A stretch of DNA of 64,000 bases from a bacterium (GTDB lineage: Bacteria > Elusimicrobiota > Elusimicrobia > UBA1565 > UBA9628), in NCBI GenBank assembly GCA_021846045.1, contig JAJZCM010000004.1, positions 1,244-65,243 on the forward strand. The letters run 5' to 3'. Each line of letters begins with the position of its first letter. The first letter of the stretch is position 1. Shown here one piece after another: positions 28,745-38,525 of this stretch. A program made the translations under genes and the position numbers. Below the pieces are notes generated by a model. That model saw only the letters and a list, made by a program, of their open reading frames with translations, ran no database searches and was not told the DNA's origin.

Positions 28745-29362
28745 ATGAAGCGTTTTTACGGCGGTCTTATCGTTTTGGCCTTGGTCGCGGCGACCGGATT
28801 TTTGGCCAAGAAGAGCCGCAAGCCTTATGTGGAGACGGCGCCTTCTTATCGGATCCGAGGCGCGGCCAATGCGCCTGTAACGATCGCCGAATTCTCCGAC
28901 TTTGAATGTCCCGCTTGCCGGGCGGCGGAAGGGCCGCTCAAACAGCTCTTGGCCTTGTACGGCGCTAAGGTGAGGTTTATCTTCAAAGATTTCCCTTTAG
29001 AGATGCATCCCTGGGCTAAGACCGCCGCATTTGCCGCTGAATGCGTGGGAGAACAAGGTAAGTTTTGGGAATTTCATGATCTCTTGTATCAAAACCAAGA
29101 TCAATGGGTGAACGCGAAATCGCCCCCTCAAGCGATAGAGGCGTATGTCAAGTCCTTGGGCTTGGATAACGCGGCTTATAAGGCTTGCTTAAAAGATCCG
29201 ATGACCGCCGCCTTGATCAATGCCGACATTAAAGAAGGCAAGCGTCGATGGGTCGACGCGACGCCGACTTTTTTTATTAATGGGAAAAGATTTATCGGCG
29301 GTCTTCAACTTTCGGCCTTGGGGCCAATTTGGATCGATAAAATCTTAGGCGTCAAAGAATAA
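28745..29362 (+). CDS. DsbA-family thioredoxin-fold protein, membrane anchored
   Basis: AEFSDFECPAC, FKDFPL, cis-Pro motif ATPTFFING. Confidence 0.92.
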   Translation: MKRFYGGLIVLALVAATGFLAKKSRKPYVETAPSYRIRGAANAPVTIAEFSDFECPACRAAEGPLKQLLALYGAKVRFIFKDFPLEMHPWAKTAAFAAECVGEQGKFWEFHDLLYQNQDQWVNAKSPPQAIEAYVKSLGLDNAAYKACLKDPMTAALINADIKEGKRRWVDATPTFFINGKRFIGGLQLSALGPIWIDKILGVKE

Positions 29363-29874
29363 TGGACCATCAAATCGCGGAAAAGCGCTCGTCGGGCGAA
29401 TCTTCCGTTTCCGGGATCGCGTTCCAATTTCTATCCGTCTTGGCTAGGATTTTTATTGGGATTATCTTAATTGCCGCCGGAGTTTCTAAATTGGCGGCTC
29501 CGAAAGAAGAATTCGCGCTGATTATTCAAGCCTACAATTTAGTTTCTCCGTCAACAGCTTTAACCGCAGCCACATTTTTGCCATGGGTTGAACTCTTCAT
29601 CGGCTACAGCCTCTTGGCCGGCTATGCGCTACGTTTGGCGTCTCTTGCCTCCGGAGTTCTATTTATCGTTTTTGATTTCGCGCTTTTGTCTTTGAAAGTC
29701 CGCGGAATTGAGTTGCCCAGTTGCGGTTGTTTTGGAGCTTCTTTCCATCCTGAGCCGAAAATCATGATCGGCGTTGATTTCTTTCTGATCGTTTTATCTC
29801 TGATTGTATTTAAAGTTCGGCCTATTTGGGCGCTTGATTTGTGGGCCGGTCGACGGGAGAATCATGGCAAGTAA
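29362..29874 (+). CDS. MauE/DoxX-family membrane protein
   Basis: ARIFIG, AGVSKL, PWVEL, SCGCFG. Confidence 0.87.
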   Translation: MDHQIAEKRSSGESSVSGIAFQFLSVLARIFIGIILIAAGVSKLAAPKEEFALIIQAYNLVSPSTALTAATFLPWVELFIGYSLLAGYALRLASLASGVLFIVFDFALLSLKVRGIELPSCGCFGASFHPEPKIMIGVDFFLIVLSLIVFKVRPIWALDLWAGRRENHGK

Positions 29875-30259
29875 ACATTTGATTTTGGCGGTAGATGATG
29901 AGGCGTCTCTCTGCGAATTTTACGAAAAGACCCTGCCGCTTTTGGGCTATGACGCCGCCGTTTCTTTAAGCGCTAAAGAAGCGCGGGAAGCCATTCGTGT
30001 CAGAAAGCCGAGTTTAATTTTGATGGATATCATGATGCCTGGAGAAGATGGCATCGGCTTTACGCGGGAGCTTCGCGCTTCCGCAGAATATTCCGACATT
30101 CCGATTATCGTCGTTTCGGGCCTTGCGGATGCCGCGACCTTAAACGACGCCCTTCTGTTCGGCGCCGTCGATTATATCGTCAAACCTGTTGAGCTTGAGA
30201 TATTGAAGTCTAAGATCGAACGGGCGATAGCCGCGGTCGAAAATCGCAAGAAAAAATGA
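29864..30259 (+). CDS. Single-domain response regulator (receiver only)
   Basis: ILAVDDE, LILMDIMMPGEDG, YIVKP. Confidence 0.93.
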   Translation: MASKHLILAVDDEASLCEFYEKTLPLLGYDAAVSLSAKEAREAIRVRKPSLILMDIMMPGEDGIGFTRELRASAEYSDIPIIVVSGLADAATLNDALLFGAVDYIVKPVELEILKSKIERAIAAVENRKKK

Positions 30260-31707
30260 GGGGAGCGCTGGAGTCTCCGCAAGCGTCTCTCTCAAGCCTA
30301 TTTAAAAAGACCTTTTCTCAAGTCCCCGTTTCCATTGAGGCCTTAAAAGGCGACGGTTCGAGCAGAAAAATCTTTCGTCTGCGCGGAAAAAATCTCAGCG
30401 CCATTGGGGTTTGGGGTCCGGAGCGAAAGGAAAATGAAGCCTTCCTTTCTTTTTCCAAGCATTTCCGTAAAAGCGGGCTTTTCGTTCCCGAAATTTACGC
30501 TGAAAATCTCGCCGCGGGAATTTATTTGGAAGAAGATTTGGGGGATATCACCCTTTTTGATTATTTGTCTAAAAACAGGTCCAGACAGAAGATTCCCTCT
30601 GAAGTCGTTTCGGTCTATTTGGAAGTCGCCCGAACGCTTCCGCGTTTTCAAATTGAGGCGGGAAAAAGATTGGACTATTCCGTTTGTTATCCGCGCTCCT
30701 GTTTCGACAAGAAATCGATGCTTTGGGACATGAACCACTTTAAGTATTATTTTTTGACCTTGGCCCATATTCCGTTTGACGAGCAGGCGCTGGAAGAAGA
30801 TTTTGAGCGTTTCAGCGATTTCTTGTCGGCTGCCGATTCTAATTATTTTCTATACCGTGATTTTCAATCAAGAAACATCATGGTTTGTAATGGTCAACCC
30901 GCCTTTATTGATTATCAGGGCGGGCGCCGCGGCGCTTTGCAGTATGATATCGCTTCCCTCGCGTTTGACGCGAAAGCTAACCTTGCCGCCGACTTTAGAG
31001 AAGAAATTTTAGAGGCCTACTTGAAAGCTTTGGGAAAGACCACTTCCTTTAACCGCGCGGCTTTTCTGAAATATTACCCGGGCTTTATTCTCATTCGCAT
31101 CCTCCAGGCCCTCGGCGCCTATGGGCTCAGAGGTTTTTACGAGAGGAAATCCCATTTTCTCCAAAGTATTCCATTTGCCTTGAAAAACCTATCCTGGCTT
31201 TTGGAAACCCAGGAATTGGGGGTTTCCCTGCCCGCTTTTACTCCCCTGCTTAAAAAGATGGCCGCCTCGCCGCAGCTCATGGCTTTGGGCGCGGCTCCCG
31301 CCGCTAAAAAATTGACGGTCAATGTTTTTAGTTTTTCTTATCCGGAGGGGATTCCCCAAGACGCAAGCGGACATGGCGGTGGGTTTGTGTTTGACTGCCG
31401 GGCGCTTCCCAATCCAGGGCGTGATAAAAACATGGCCAATTTAAGCGGGCTTGACGCCGAAGTCATCGCGCTTTTGGAAAAAAGCCCGGAAGTCAGGAAA
31501 TTTTTAGCGTCTATTTTCTCAATTGTCGATCAAAGCGTTGAGAATTACCTTTCTCGCGGCTTTTCCAGCCTTTTCGTCGCCTTCGGATGCACCGGAGGGC
31601 GTCACCGGTCGGTTTATTGCGCGGAAAAATTGGCCGAACACTTGCGAAGAAATACTTCTTTAAGCGCGCCGGTTCGCCATGCGAGTTTGCCGCAGCCGGT
31701 CTCTTAA
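30256..31707 (+). CDS. AmgK-like aminoglycoside/sugar phosphotransferase fused to a RapZ C-terminal domain
   Basis: GDGSSRKIFR, EDLGD, RDFQSRNI, IDYQG; C-terminal SFSY..GIP, FVFDCRALPNP, GCTGGRHRSVY. Confidence 0.88.
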   Translation: MRGALESPQASLSSLFKKTFSQVPVSIEALKGDGSSRKIFRLRGKNLSAIGVWGPERKENEAFLSFSKHFRKSGLFVPEIYAENLAAGIYLEEDLGDITLFDYLSKNRSRQKIPSEVVSVYLEVARTLPRFQIEAGKRLDYSVCYPRSCFDKKSMLWDMNHFKYYFLTLAHIPFDEQALEEDFERFSDFLSAADSNYFLYRDFQSRNIMVCNGQPAFIDYQGGRRGALQYDIASLAFDAKANLAADFREEILEAYLKALGKTTSFNRAAFLKYYPGFILIRILQALGAYGLRGFYERKSHFLQSIPFALKNLSWLLETQELGVSLPAFTPLLKKMAASPQLMALGAAPAAKKLTVNVFSFSYPEGIPQDASGHGGGFVFDCRALPNPGRDKNMANLSGLDAEVIALLEKSPEVRKFLASIFSIVDQSVENYLSRGFSSLFVAFGCTGGRHRSVYCAEKLAEHLRRNTSLSAPVRHASLPQPVS

Positions 31708-31711
31708 ATTG

Positions 31712-32443
31712 ATGGAAGCCTTAATTTTCGCCGCTGGCTTCGGGCGGCGACTTAAGCCTTTGACCGATGAAACCCCGAAGCCCTTGCTGGAGATTGGAGG
31801 CGTTTCCCTTTTGGAAATCGTTATTCGCCGTCTTGTCGCCGCCGGAGTCTCTTCGATTGTCATCAATACCCATCATCAGGCAGAGAAAATTGAGAGTTTC
31901 CTTGCCCGTAAATCTTTCGGGATTTCGATTCAAATTTCCCATGAAGAAGAGATTCTTGAGACGGGTGGCGGCCTTAAGAATGCGGCGCGCTTTTTTTCCG
32001 GCGCCGCCCCTTTTTTTATTCACAACGCGGATGTCTTAAGCGCGGTCGATTTAAGAAACCTTTACCGTTTTCACTTAAATTCTAAAAACGCTCTTGCGAC
32101 GCTGTCGGTCAGGCGACGGACAACGTCCCGGTTCCTTTTGTTTGAAGAAGGTTTCTTGTGCGGGGTCCAGCGGGAAGGTAAAACTTCGTCTTTTTCCAGA
32201 ACCGGCCATTTCGAAGCCTTGGCTTTTGACGGCATTCACGTCGTCAGCCCCGGTATATTTCCAAAGATCCGGGAAACGGGAAAATTTTCTATTATTGATT
32301 TATATCTGCGTTTGGCGTCTGAGGGAGAGAAAATTCAAGCTCTTTCTTCCGACCTGTTTTCTTGGCGGGATATTGGCTCATCCGAAGGGCTTCTTAAGGC
32401 GCGGGCGGAGGCGCCCTTTTGGCTGAAGTCTCTCAAATTTTAA
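31712..32443 (+). CDS. MurU-like nucleotidyltransferase
   Basis: LIFAAGFGRRLKPLTDETPKPL, LETGGG, HNADV, WRDIG. Confidence 0.88.
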   Translation: MEALIFAAGFGRRLKPLTDETPKPLLEIGGVSLLEIVIRRLVAAGVSSIVINTHHQAEKIESFLARKSFGISIQISHEEEILETGGGLKNAARFFSGAAPFFIHNADVLSAVDLRNLYRFHLNSKNALATLSVRRRTTSRFLLFEEGFLCGVQREGKTSSFSRTGHFEALAFDGIHVVSPGIFPKIRETGKFSIIDLYLRLASEGEKIQALSSDLFSWRDIGSSEGLLKARAEAPFWLKSLKF

Positions 32444-32484
32444 GCGAACTTGGAATTTGCTAATATTATGGTCTAGGAGGCGGT

Positions 32485-32961
32485 ATGAAATCTACTTATT
32501 TCAAAGTTTTTGCGTTTGTTTCTCTTTTTGTTTTTGCAGGATCAATGGATTTAAGCGCCCAGAAAACGGCTAGGGTTGTAAAATCCACGGAGGCGGCTTT
32601 ACCCGTCAGCGCCGATTTAGTGCAAGCCAAGGACGTAATTCAAGAAGCCGCCAAAAAATATCCAAAGAATGCGGAATTGCAGATCCAGCTGGGTTTTATT
32701 TTTAAAAAAATGAAGCGATATGGAGATTCAAGACGCGCTTTTGAAGAGGCAGTCAAAATTGATCCAAAACTCGTCGAAGGCCATTATATGCTCGGCTTAA
32801 TCTATGAGTATCGCAAAGAGACTAACAAGGCTCTCAAGGAATGGCAGGAATGCCTCAATTGGGCGTCGGATCCGGAGATGAAAAACACGGCGATTCTTCA
32901 TATTCATCACCTCGATCCTAAATTCCCGATTAGCAAACCCAAGGCCGCAAAGAAAGCTTGA
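32485..32961 (+). CDS. Secreted TPR-containing protein
   Basis: Signal peptide; TPR-like repeats (YGDSRRAFEEAVKIDP, GHYMLGLIY). Confidence 0.8.
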   Translation: MKSTYFKVFAFVSLFVFAGSMDLSAQKTARVVKSTEAALPVSADLVQAKDVIQEAAKKYPKNAELQIQLGFIFKKMKRYGDSRRAFEEAVKIDPKLVEGHYMLGLIYEYRKETNKALKEWQECLNWASDPEMKNTAILHIHHLDPKFPISKPKAAKKA

Positions 32962-33629
32962 TGAAAAAAATTGTTTACATTGTCGCTTGTTTGGGAATGT
33001 TTTTGCCCGGCTGTTCTTCAAGCCCGACAGTTGCCTATAACCCGCGTTTTGATTTTGCCTCGATTAAGAGGGTGGCGGTGGTGAGCTTTAGCGGGTCCGA
33101 TGGGAATGCCGCAGCGGATATGATGGCTCAAGCCTTGGTGGCTCACGGAGCGAATGTTATTGAAAGGCAGCAGCTAGAGGCTATTCTCAATGAAAATCAT
33201 TTGGCCGCCGCCGGAATTTTGGATCCGTCTACGGTTCATCAAATTGGAAAAATTTTGGGAGTCGACGCTCTCTTTGTGGGGAACGTGGTCGCGAGCGCTC
33301 CCAGTCAAAGTTATGTCGTAAACAGCCCGGCTGGATATCCGGCCGTCGGTTATCCTGGTATGTATGGATATGGAATGACTCCGATTCCGAACGGGAATGT
33401 TTATTCCCAGGGTTCTGTCATGGGGGTTCCCGGATCTCAAATCGTCACTTCCGCCGCTCAAGTTTCAATGGTCTCCCGGATGGTGGATGTTCAGACCGGA
33501 CAAATCCTTTGGTCGGCTTCGATGACCTATCAGGGTTTGGATCGCCTGTCGGCGATTACCGACATCACGAATTCCTTCATTAATTCGCTGGTCCCCATTT
33601 GGCCGCAGTTGATTGCGACGAAATCCTAG
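32961..33629 (+). CDS. Lipoprotein, CsgG/HfaB-like
   Basis: Lipobox LPGC; VIERQQLEAILNE, IGKILGVDALFVG, RMVDVQTGQILW. Confidence 0.72.
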   Translation: MKKIVYIVACLGMFLPGCSSSPTVAYNPRFDFASIKRVAVVSFSGSDGNAAADMMAQALVAHGANVIERQQLEAILNENHLAAAGILDPSTVHQIGKILGVDALFVGNVVASAPSQSYVVNSPAGYPAVGYPGMYGYGMTPIPNGNVYSQGSVMGVPGSQIVTSAAQVSMVSRMVDVQTGQILWSASMTYQGLDRLSAITDITNSFINSLVPIWPQLIATKS

Positions 33630-33637
33630 AGCCCTAA

Positions 33638-34510
33638 TTACTTCCAAACGTCGTCAATGAGGCGGGCGGATTTGTCTTGTTGTCCTAAACTTTTAAGTCC
33701 CAATGCGGCTTCCACCGTTTTTAACAGGCTGTAATGGTTATACCACCTTTTCGAGACCGCGCCCGGGCGGACGCCTTCTCCATAGAAGGCGGTGAAGATA
33801 TGATTGGCGCTTTTATTGAATCCGTGGGTGTGGGTATTATAAGAGCCGTCTTCGTCGAAAGTGACGACGAGAAGCTCATTTTTCGGCCATTGAGAGACGA
33901 GAGGTCCGAAAGTCTTTTTAAACCAGCGGTCCGCGTAGCGGACGTCGGTGTTGTGGGCGTCATTTCTTAAGTCGGGAATGTAGAGCGCGAAATCCGGCAG
34001 CGATTTTTTCTGAAAATCGTTTAAAAATTCCTTTGCATTGACCACTTTCGCGCATAAGGCCGGGGTTTTCTGAACGTCTTTATAGCTGAGCATCGGCACG
34101 TGCTTTCTAGCGTAAGTTCCGGCATAGGAGCCTAAAAAACATTGTCCCGGCTTTCCGGGGTAGGCCTCGGCGTAAACCTTCCAGCTTTTGTGGGCCTCAT
34201 CCAATAAATCGCCGATATGGCGGACATTGAGAGCGGCGTCATCATCGGAGCGGATTTTCCAATAGCTTCCGGAAGTTAAAGCTAGATAATTGGGAAGAGA
34301 AGGATGCGTGACGGCGTGGGAATTTTGAAGGAGAGCTCCTTTCTTGGCAAGCGAGGCCATAAAAGGTTGTTTGGCGGCGTCTTGATAGTTCGTGTTCTCA
34401 AAGATGACGATGAGAATTTTGTGGAACGGGAGAAACTTTTTCGCGGGTTTGATCGCGGCAAAGCTCGGCTGAATCAAAAGCGTTAGAAATAATGTGATTG
34501 TCGTTTTCAT
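33638..34510 (-). CDS. Secreted phosphoesterase / acid phosphatase family protein
   Basis: Signal peptide; IFEN, THPSLPNY, RKH.P, NDAH, TFDE, NHYSLLKT. Confidence 0.85.
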   Translation of the reverse strand: MKTTITLFLTLLIQPSFAAIKPAKKFLPFHKILIVIFENTNYQDAAKQPFMASLAKKGALLQNSHAVTHPSLPNYLALTSGSYWKIRSDDDAALNVRHIGDLLDEAHKSWKVYAEAYPGKPGQCFLGSYAGTYARKHVPMLSYKDVQKTPALCAKVVNAKEFLNDFQKKSLPDFALYIPDLRNDAHNTDVRYADRWFKKTFGPLVSQWPKNELLVVTFDEDGSYNTHTHGFNKSANHIFTAFYGEGVRPGAVSKRWYNHYSLLKTVEAALGLKSLGQQDKSARLIDDVWK

Positions 34511-34560
34511 AGGAAGTTTATTGTATCTTTTTGGCCGTTATTTCTTGACAATGCCTGAAC

Positions 34561-35895
34561 TTATTGCGGGCGTGGGGGAGTAGAGTAATAAGAGGTGAAT
34601 TCAGCTTTGGGGCTTCGGGGAGAAACGCAGTGCTTTAAGAAAGCCAGAGCTAGGTAGGAAAAAGCGTGGGCTTCTCTGAGATGGGGGTGAGCTTTTAGAA
34701 ATCTCTCTAGGGCAGACGAAGTCCGTTTAAACGAAGAGGGGGGAAGTATTTCTCCGTTTAAAGTCTCAAGCGCGGTGCGGCAGGGCGCGCGGATGCCCAG
34801 TTTTTTGCAGGCAAGATTTGAGGTTTCTTCGGCCATGAGTCTAAAATCGGACATTTTTCCGCCGCCGATGGTGATGAACCCTTCAATTTTGTCCCGGTCT
34901 GAGTGGTCTAAAACCTCAAATCCGCGCGACAAAAGTTTCTCATTGCCTTTTTGCGCGAGGATGGGGCGTGCGCCGATGATCGTCGAATCATACTTCGGAG
35001 GCAAGGACGGCAAATAATGAGCGGCCGTTTTGAGAAGGTATTGGATTTCTTCTTCCGAGGTTTTGATGCGCCCTGGTTTTTCATCGGTGGCGATATCCGT
35101 AGGGCCGATCAAGGTTCCTTGCGGAGACGGGATGACAAAGACGTATCGTTGATCCTCGGTTTGAAGAATGAGACCAAAGGGGATGAGTTTTTCCTTGTAA
35201 ACCATGTGCGTTCCCTTTTGAAGGCGGAGCGGGATGCGGATTTGGGCAAGGCCGGCCACTTCATCAATCCAAGGTCCCGCGGCGTTGATGATTATCTTTG
35301 CGTAAATTTCTTCCCCATTTGATTTAAGCCCGACGATCTTCCGGTCTTTAAAAATAAACTCATCGGCCCCTCGCCCCCCTTCAACTTCAGCCCCGTATTT
35401 TTGCGCGGCCCCAAGGTTTTTTTGGACGAGTTCGACGGGGTCAACCCACCATTCATCAAATGAAAGAGCGCCGATAAGTCCTTCGGCCCTGAGACTGGGG
35501 ATAAGCGCAAGCGTTTCTTCTTTAGAGAGCCTTAAATGCCTAAGCCCGCCTTTCATCGGTTGGAACCGGTCGTAGGATTCTAAGAGGGTTTCAACCGTTT
35601 CAATTCCGTGAGCATGACCTTGGTAGACCGGCCAAATAATCGGCAGGCGGATTAGATTTTTCCTTGCGATTTGAAGGATATTGCCCGAATCCCAGCAGGT
35701 GGTTTGAGTCGTCAACCGGTCATACATCAAATAGCGAAGCCCCCCGTGGATCATGTGGGACGATGCGGCGGTGGTTGCTCTTCCAAAAGAGTTTTTTTCA
35801 AGAAGAAGCGTTTTAATTCCACGCATGGAGAGATCTCGAATAACTCCAGCGCCCGTAATTCCTCCACCGATAACAACGGCGTCAAAATTTCTTAT
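34561..35895 (-). CDS. FAD-dependent glycerol-3-phosphate dehydrogenase-like protein; probable ATA start
   Basis: Frame extends upstream of the tracked ORF to FDAVVIGGGITGAG; IHGGLRYL, GARP, GGKMSDFRLMAE; in-frame stop just upstream and no ATG/GTG/TTG before the Rossmann motif. Confidence 0.8.
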   Translation of the reverse strand: MRNFDAVVIGGGITGAGVIRDLSMRGIKTLLLEKNSFGRATTAASSHMIHGGLRYLMYDRLTTQTTCWDSGNILQIARKNLIRLPIIWPVYQGHAHGIETVETLLESYDRFQPMKGGLRHLRLSKEETLALIPSLRAEGLIGALSFDEWWVDPVELVQKNLGAAQKYGAEVEGGRGADEFIFKDRKIVGLKSNGEEIYAKIIINAAGPWIDEVAGLAQIRIPLRLQKGTHMVYKEKLIPFGLILQTEDQRYVFVIPSPQGTLIGPTDIATDEKPGRIKTSEEEIQYLLKTAAHYLPSLPPKYDSTIIGARPILAQKGNEKLLSRGFEVLDHSDRDKIEGFITIGGGKMSDFRLMAEETSNLACKKLGIRAPCRTALETLNGEILPPSSFKRTSSALERFLKAHPHLREAHAFSYLALAFLKHCVSPRSPKAEFTSYYSTPPRPQ

Positions 35896-37049
35896 TGGAG
35901 CCCCTCTCTTTCGAGGATTTCTTTTTTAAGTTTTAGTTTTTGGATTTTTCCGGTCGCTGTTTTGGGCAAGGAGGAGATGTTTTTCCCGCCGCGGATAATC
36001 ATTTCTTTAGAGCGTCCGACAATGAAGAAAAATCCGTCTTGGTCCTGGTAGCCTAAATCTCCGGTGTAGAGGCGTCCATTTCTTATTGTCTGAGATGTGG
36101 CGGAAGAATTATTCCAATATCCTTTCATGACATTGTCGCCCTTGATCGCGATTTCGCCGGTTTCTCCCCGTGGGAGTTCTTTTCCCTCAGAATCTAAAAT
36201 TTTCATGTCTTGCCCTTTAAGGGCAAGGCCTATGGAGCCGATTTTCCTTTTTTGTGGAGGTGGAGGGTTGATGGAGGAAACGCAAGTCCCTTCCGACAGC
36301 CCGTATCCCTCCAGGATATAGGCGTTGAATTTTTTCTCAAAGCGCTCGAAAACCTCGACCGGCATGGGCGCCGCGCCGCCGCAATAGAGCGGAGATAAAA
36401 GGGTGACGACTTGGGCGTTGACGTGGAAAAGCGGTAGAAAACATAGAAATCGGTCGGATTCGCTCATTCGGGTCGCCTCAACGAATTTTTGCGCGTCAAA
36501 CAAATAATTGTGATGGGTCAGTTCCGCGCCTTTGGGAAAACCGGTCGTGCCCGAGGTATAGATGAGGCTTGCTGAGTCGGTCCCTGACTTGAGCCAAAAA
36601 TCTTTGCTTTCTCCGATGGGCACGAGTTCCACTTTTTTCAGCGTGGAATTTGAACTATGATCGCGGAAGGTTTTAAGTCCGGCCTCGTGAGCCGGTCCTG
36701 TAAACGCGTAGGCGGCTCCGGAGTCTTTTAAGATGAAAGAAACCTCTTCTTCTTTGAGGGAGGTGTTGACCGGAATGGCGATGGCGCCCGTTTTTAAGAT
36801 TCCAAAAAAATGGAGGATGAACTCCGGGCCGTTGGGAAGAATCAGCGCCGCGCGATCTCCGGCTCTGACGCCAAACCTCTTAAGTTTCTCGGCCAGGGCA
36901 TTGGAGGCGAGATCAATTTCTTTCCTGGTCCAAATTTGGTCTTTAAAGAAAAGAAAAGGCTTGTCCGGGTCTTCTTGGGTCCTTTGACTGAGAAGACCTT
37001 GCAGAGTCTCGACGGGCGTATTATTTATCGCTGGATGTGTAAGTTCCAT
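35892..37049 (-). pseudogene. Long-chain acyl-CoA ligase with two in-frame internal deletions (frame intact, function doubtful)
   Basis: YTSGTTGFPKG, EGYGLSE, TGDLG, GRSKEMI, LPKTATGKI present; segments after YCGG and after GGKNI missing. Confidence 0.75.
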
Positions 37050-37114
37050 TTTAAGTATTTTACTTATTAGACGCGTCAAATGGGGTGATGTGAGTAGTTG
37101 TAAAGGGGGTTGTT

Positions 37115-38524
37115 ATGGCGGATGAAGAATCTTCTCGAAAATTTTTGAGGGTGGCCGTTGTGGGTTCAGGGCCATCCGGTTTCTATGCCGCCGAGGCCCT
37201 TCTGAAACAAAAAGAAATTGGGGTCCAAGTAGACCTCTTCGATCGGTTGCCGACCCCTTACGGGCTTGTTCGCGGCGGAGTGGCGCCGGATCATCAAAAA
37301 ATAAAGGCCGTGGCCGTGGTTTATGAGAAAACCGCTCAACTGCCGGGATTCCGATTCTTTGGGAATATTAAACTTGGGGAGGATCTCCAGGTTTCGGATT
37401 TAAAAATGCGTTATCATCAAATCGTTTATGCGGTGGGCGCCGAGACGGACCGGAAAATGGGAATTCCCGGAGAGGACTCTCCCGGCAGCCATTCTGCGAC
37501 CGCTTTTGTCGGATGGTATAACGGCCATCCCGATTATCGGGATCAAAAGTTCGATTTGTCTTCCGATAGCGCAGCTATTGTGGGCGTCGGCAATGTCGCG
37601 ATTGATGTCGCCCGGATTCTGGCCGAAGATCCTGAGATTCTAGCTAAGACCGACATCGCCGATTACGCCCTTGAGGCCTTAAGGCGGAGTAAAATCAGGA
37701 CGATCTATCTTCTAGGGCGCCGCGGTCCGGCCCAGGCCGCTTATTCTCCGGCAGAGATCAAGGAACTCGGAAGTTTAGGGGTGGCGGATTTGGTGGTTCG
37801 CGAAGATGAAGCGCGGTTAGACGATGCGTCGAAGACCGATTATCTTGATCCCGAAAACAAGAAAAATGTCGATTACGTTCAAGGGCTGACCAAGATGGGA
37901 GAAGGGAATAAACCAAAAAAAATTAGGCTGCGTTTTTGCGTCTCTCCCGTGGAAATCACGGCATCCGGCGGCAAGCTTCATGCCCTTAAAATCGAAAGAA
38001 ATCGCTTAACTGTCGATGAAAACGGCCGGGCCAAACCCATTGGAACGGGGCAATTTGAGACGTTGCCGGTCGGCCTTGTTTTTCGTTCAGTCGGGTATCG
38101 GGGCGCGCCCATTCCCGGAGTTCCCTTTGATTTAAAATCCGGAAAGATTCCCAATCAAGAAGGGCGAGTTCTTTCCGCTGATTCAAAAAGCCCATGCGTG
38201 GGGGAATACGTGGTCGGATGGGCCAAAAGAGGGCCTAGCGGTCTTATTGGTACTAACCGAGCCGATTCGGTCGCGACGGTTAAATGTATGTTGGAAGACG
38301 CTCTAGCTGGGAAATTCGGATGGGAAACCGCGTCCTTCGACCAGCGCTCTTCAATGGATGAATTTCTCCGCCAAAACCGCCGCCGGTTTGTTTCTTTTTC
38401 TGACTGGAAAAAACTCGATCAAATTGAAATTGAAGAGGGAAAAAAGAAGGGCAAGGCGCGTGAGAAATTTTCCCGCGTATCGGATATGCTTGGCATTCTT
38501 GATTCAACCGTTGGGACCGCGTAA
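37115..38524 (+). CDS. Ferredoxin--NADP(+) reductase, FprA/adrenodoxin-reductase type
   Basis: VGSGPSGFYAA, PYGLVRGGVAPDH, GVGNVAIDVAR, GRRGP, GWAKRGPSGLIG. Confidence 0.92.
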   Translation: MADEESSRKFLRVAVVGSGPSGFYAAEALLKQKEIGVQVDLFDRLPTPYGLVRGGVAPDHQKIKAVAVVYEKTAQLPGFRFFGNIKLGEDLQVSDLKMRYHQIVYAVGAETDRKMGIPGEDSPGSHSATAFVGWYNGHPDYRDQKFDLSSDSAAIVGVGNVAIDVARILAEDPEILAKTDIADYALEALRRSKIRTIYLLGRRGPAQAAYSPAEIKELGSLGVADLVVREDEARLDDASKTDYLDPENKKNVDYVQGLTKMGEGNKPKKIRLRFCVSPVEITASGGKLHALKIERNRLTVDENGRAKPIGTGQFETLPVGLVFRSVGYRGAPIPGVPFDLKSGKIPNQEGRVLSADSKSPCVGEYVVGWAKRGPSGLIGTNRADSVATVKCMLEDALAGKFGWETASFDQRSSMDEFLRQNRRRFVSFSDWKKLDQIEIEEGKKKGKAREKFSRVSDMLGILDSTVGTA

Positions 38525-38525
38525 T

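Noticed and set aside
38358-38525. Long N-terminal extension of the 38358 ORF
   Set aside because: Overlaps the reductase 3' end; TTG 38526 gives a clean signal peptide.
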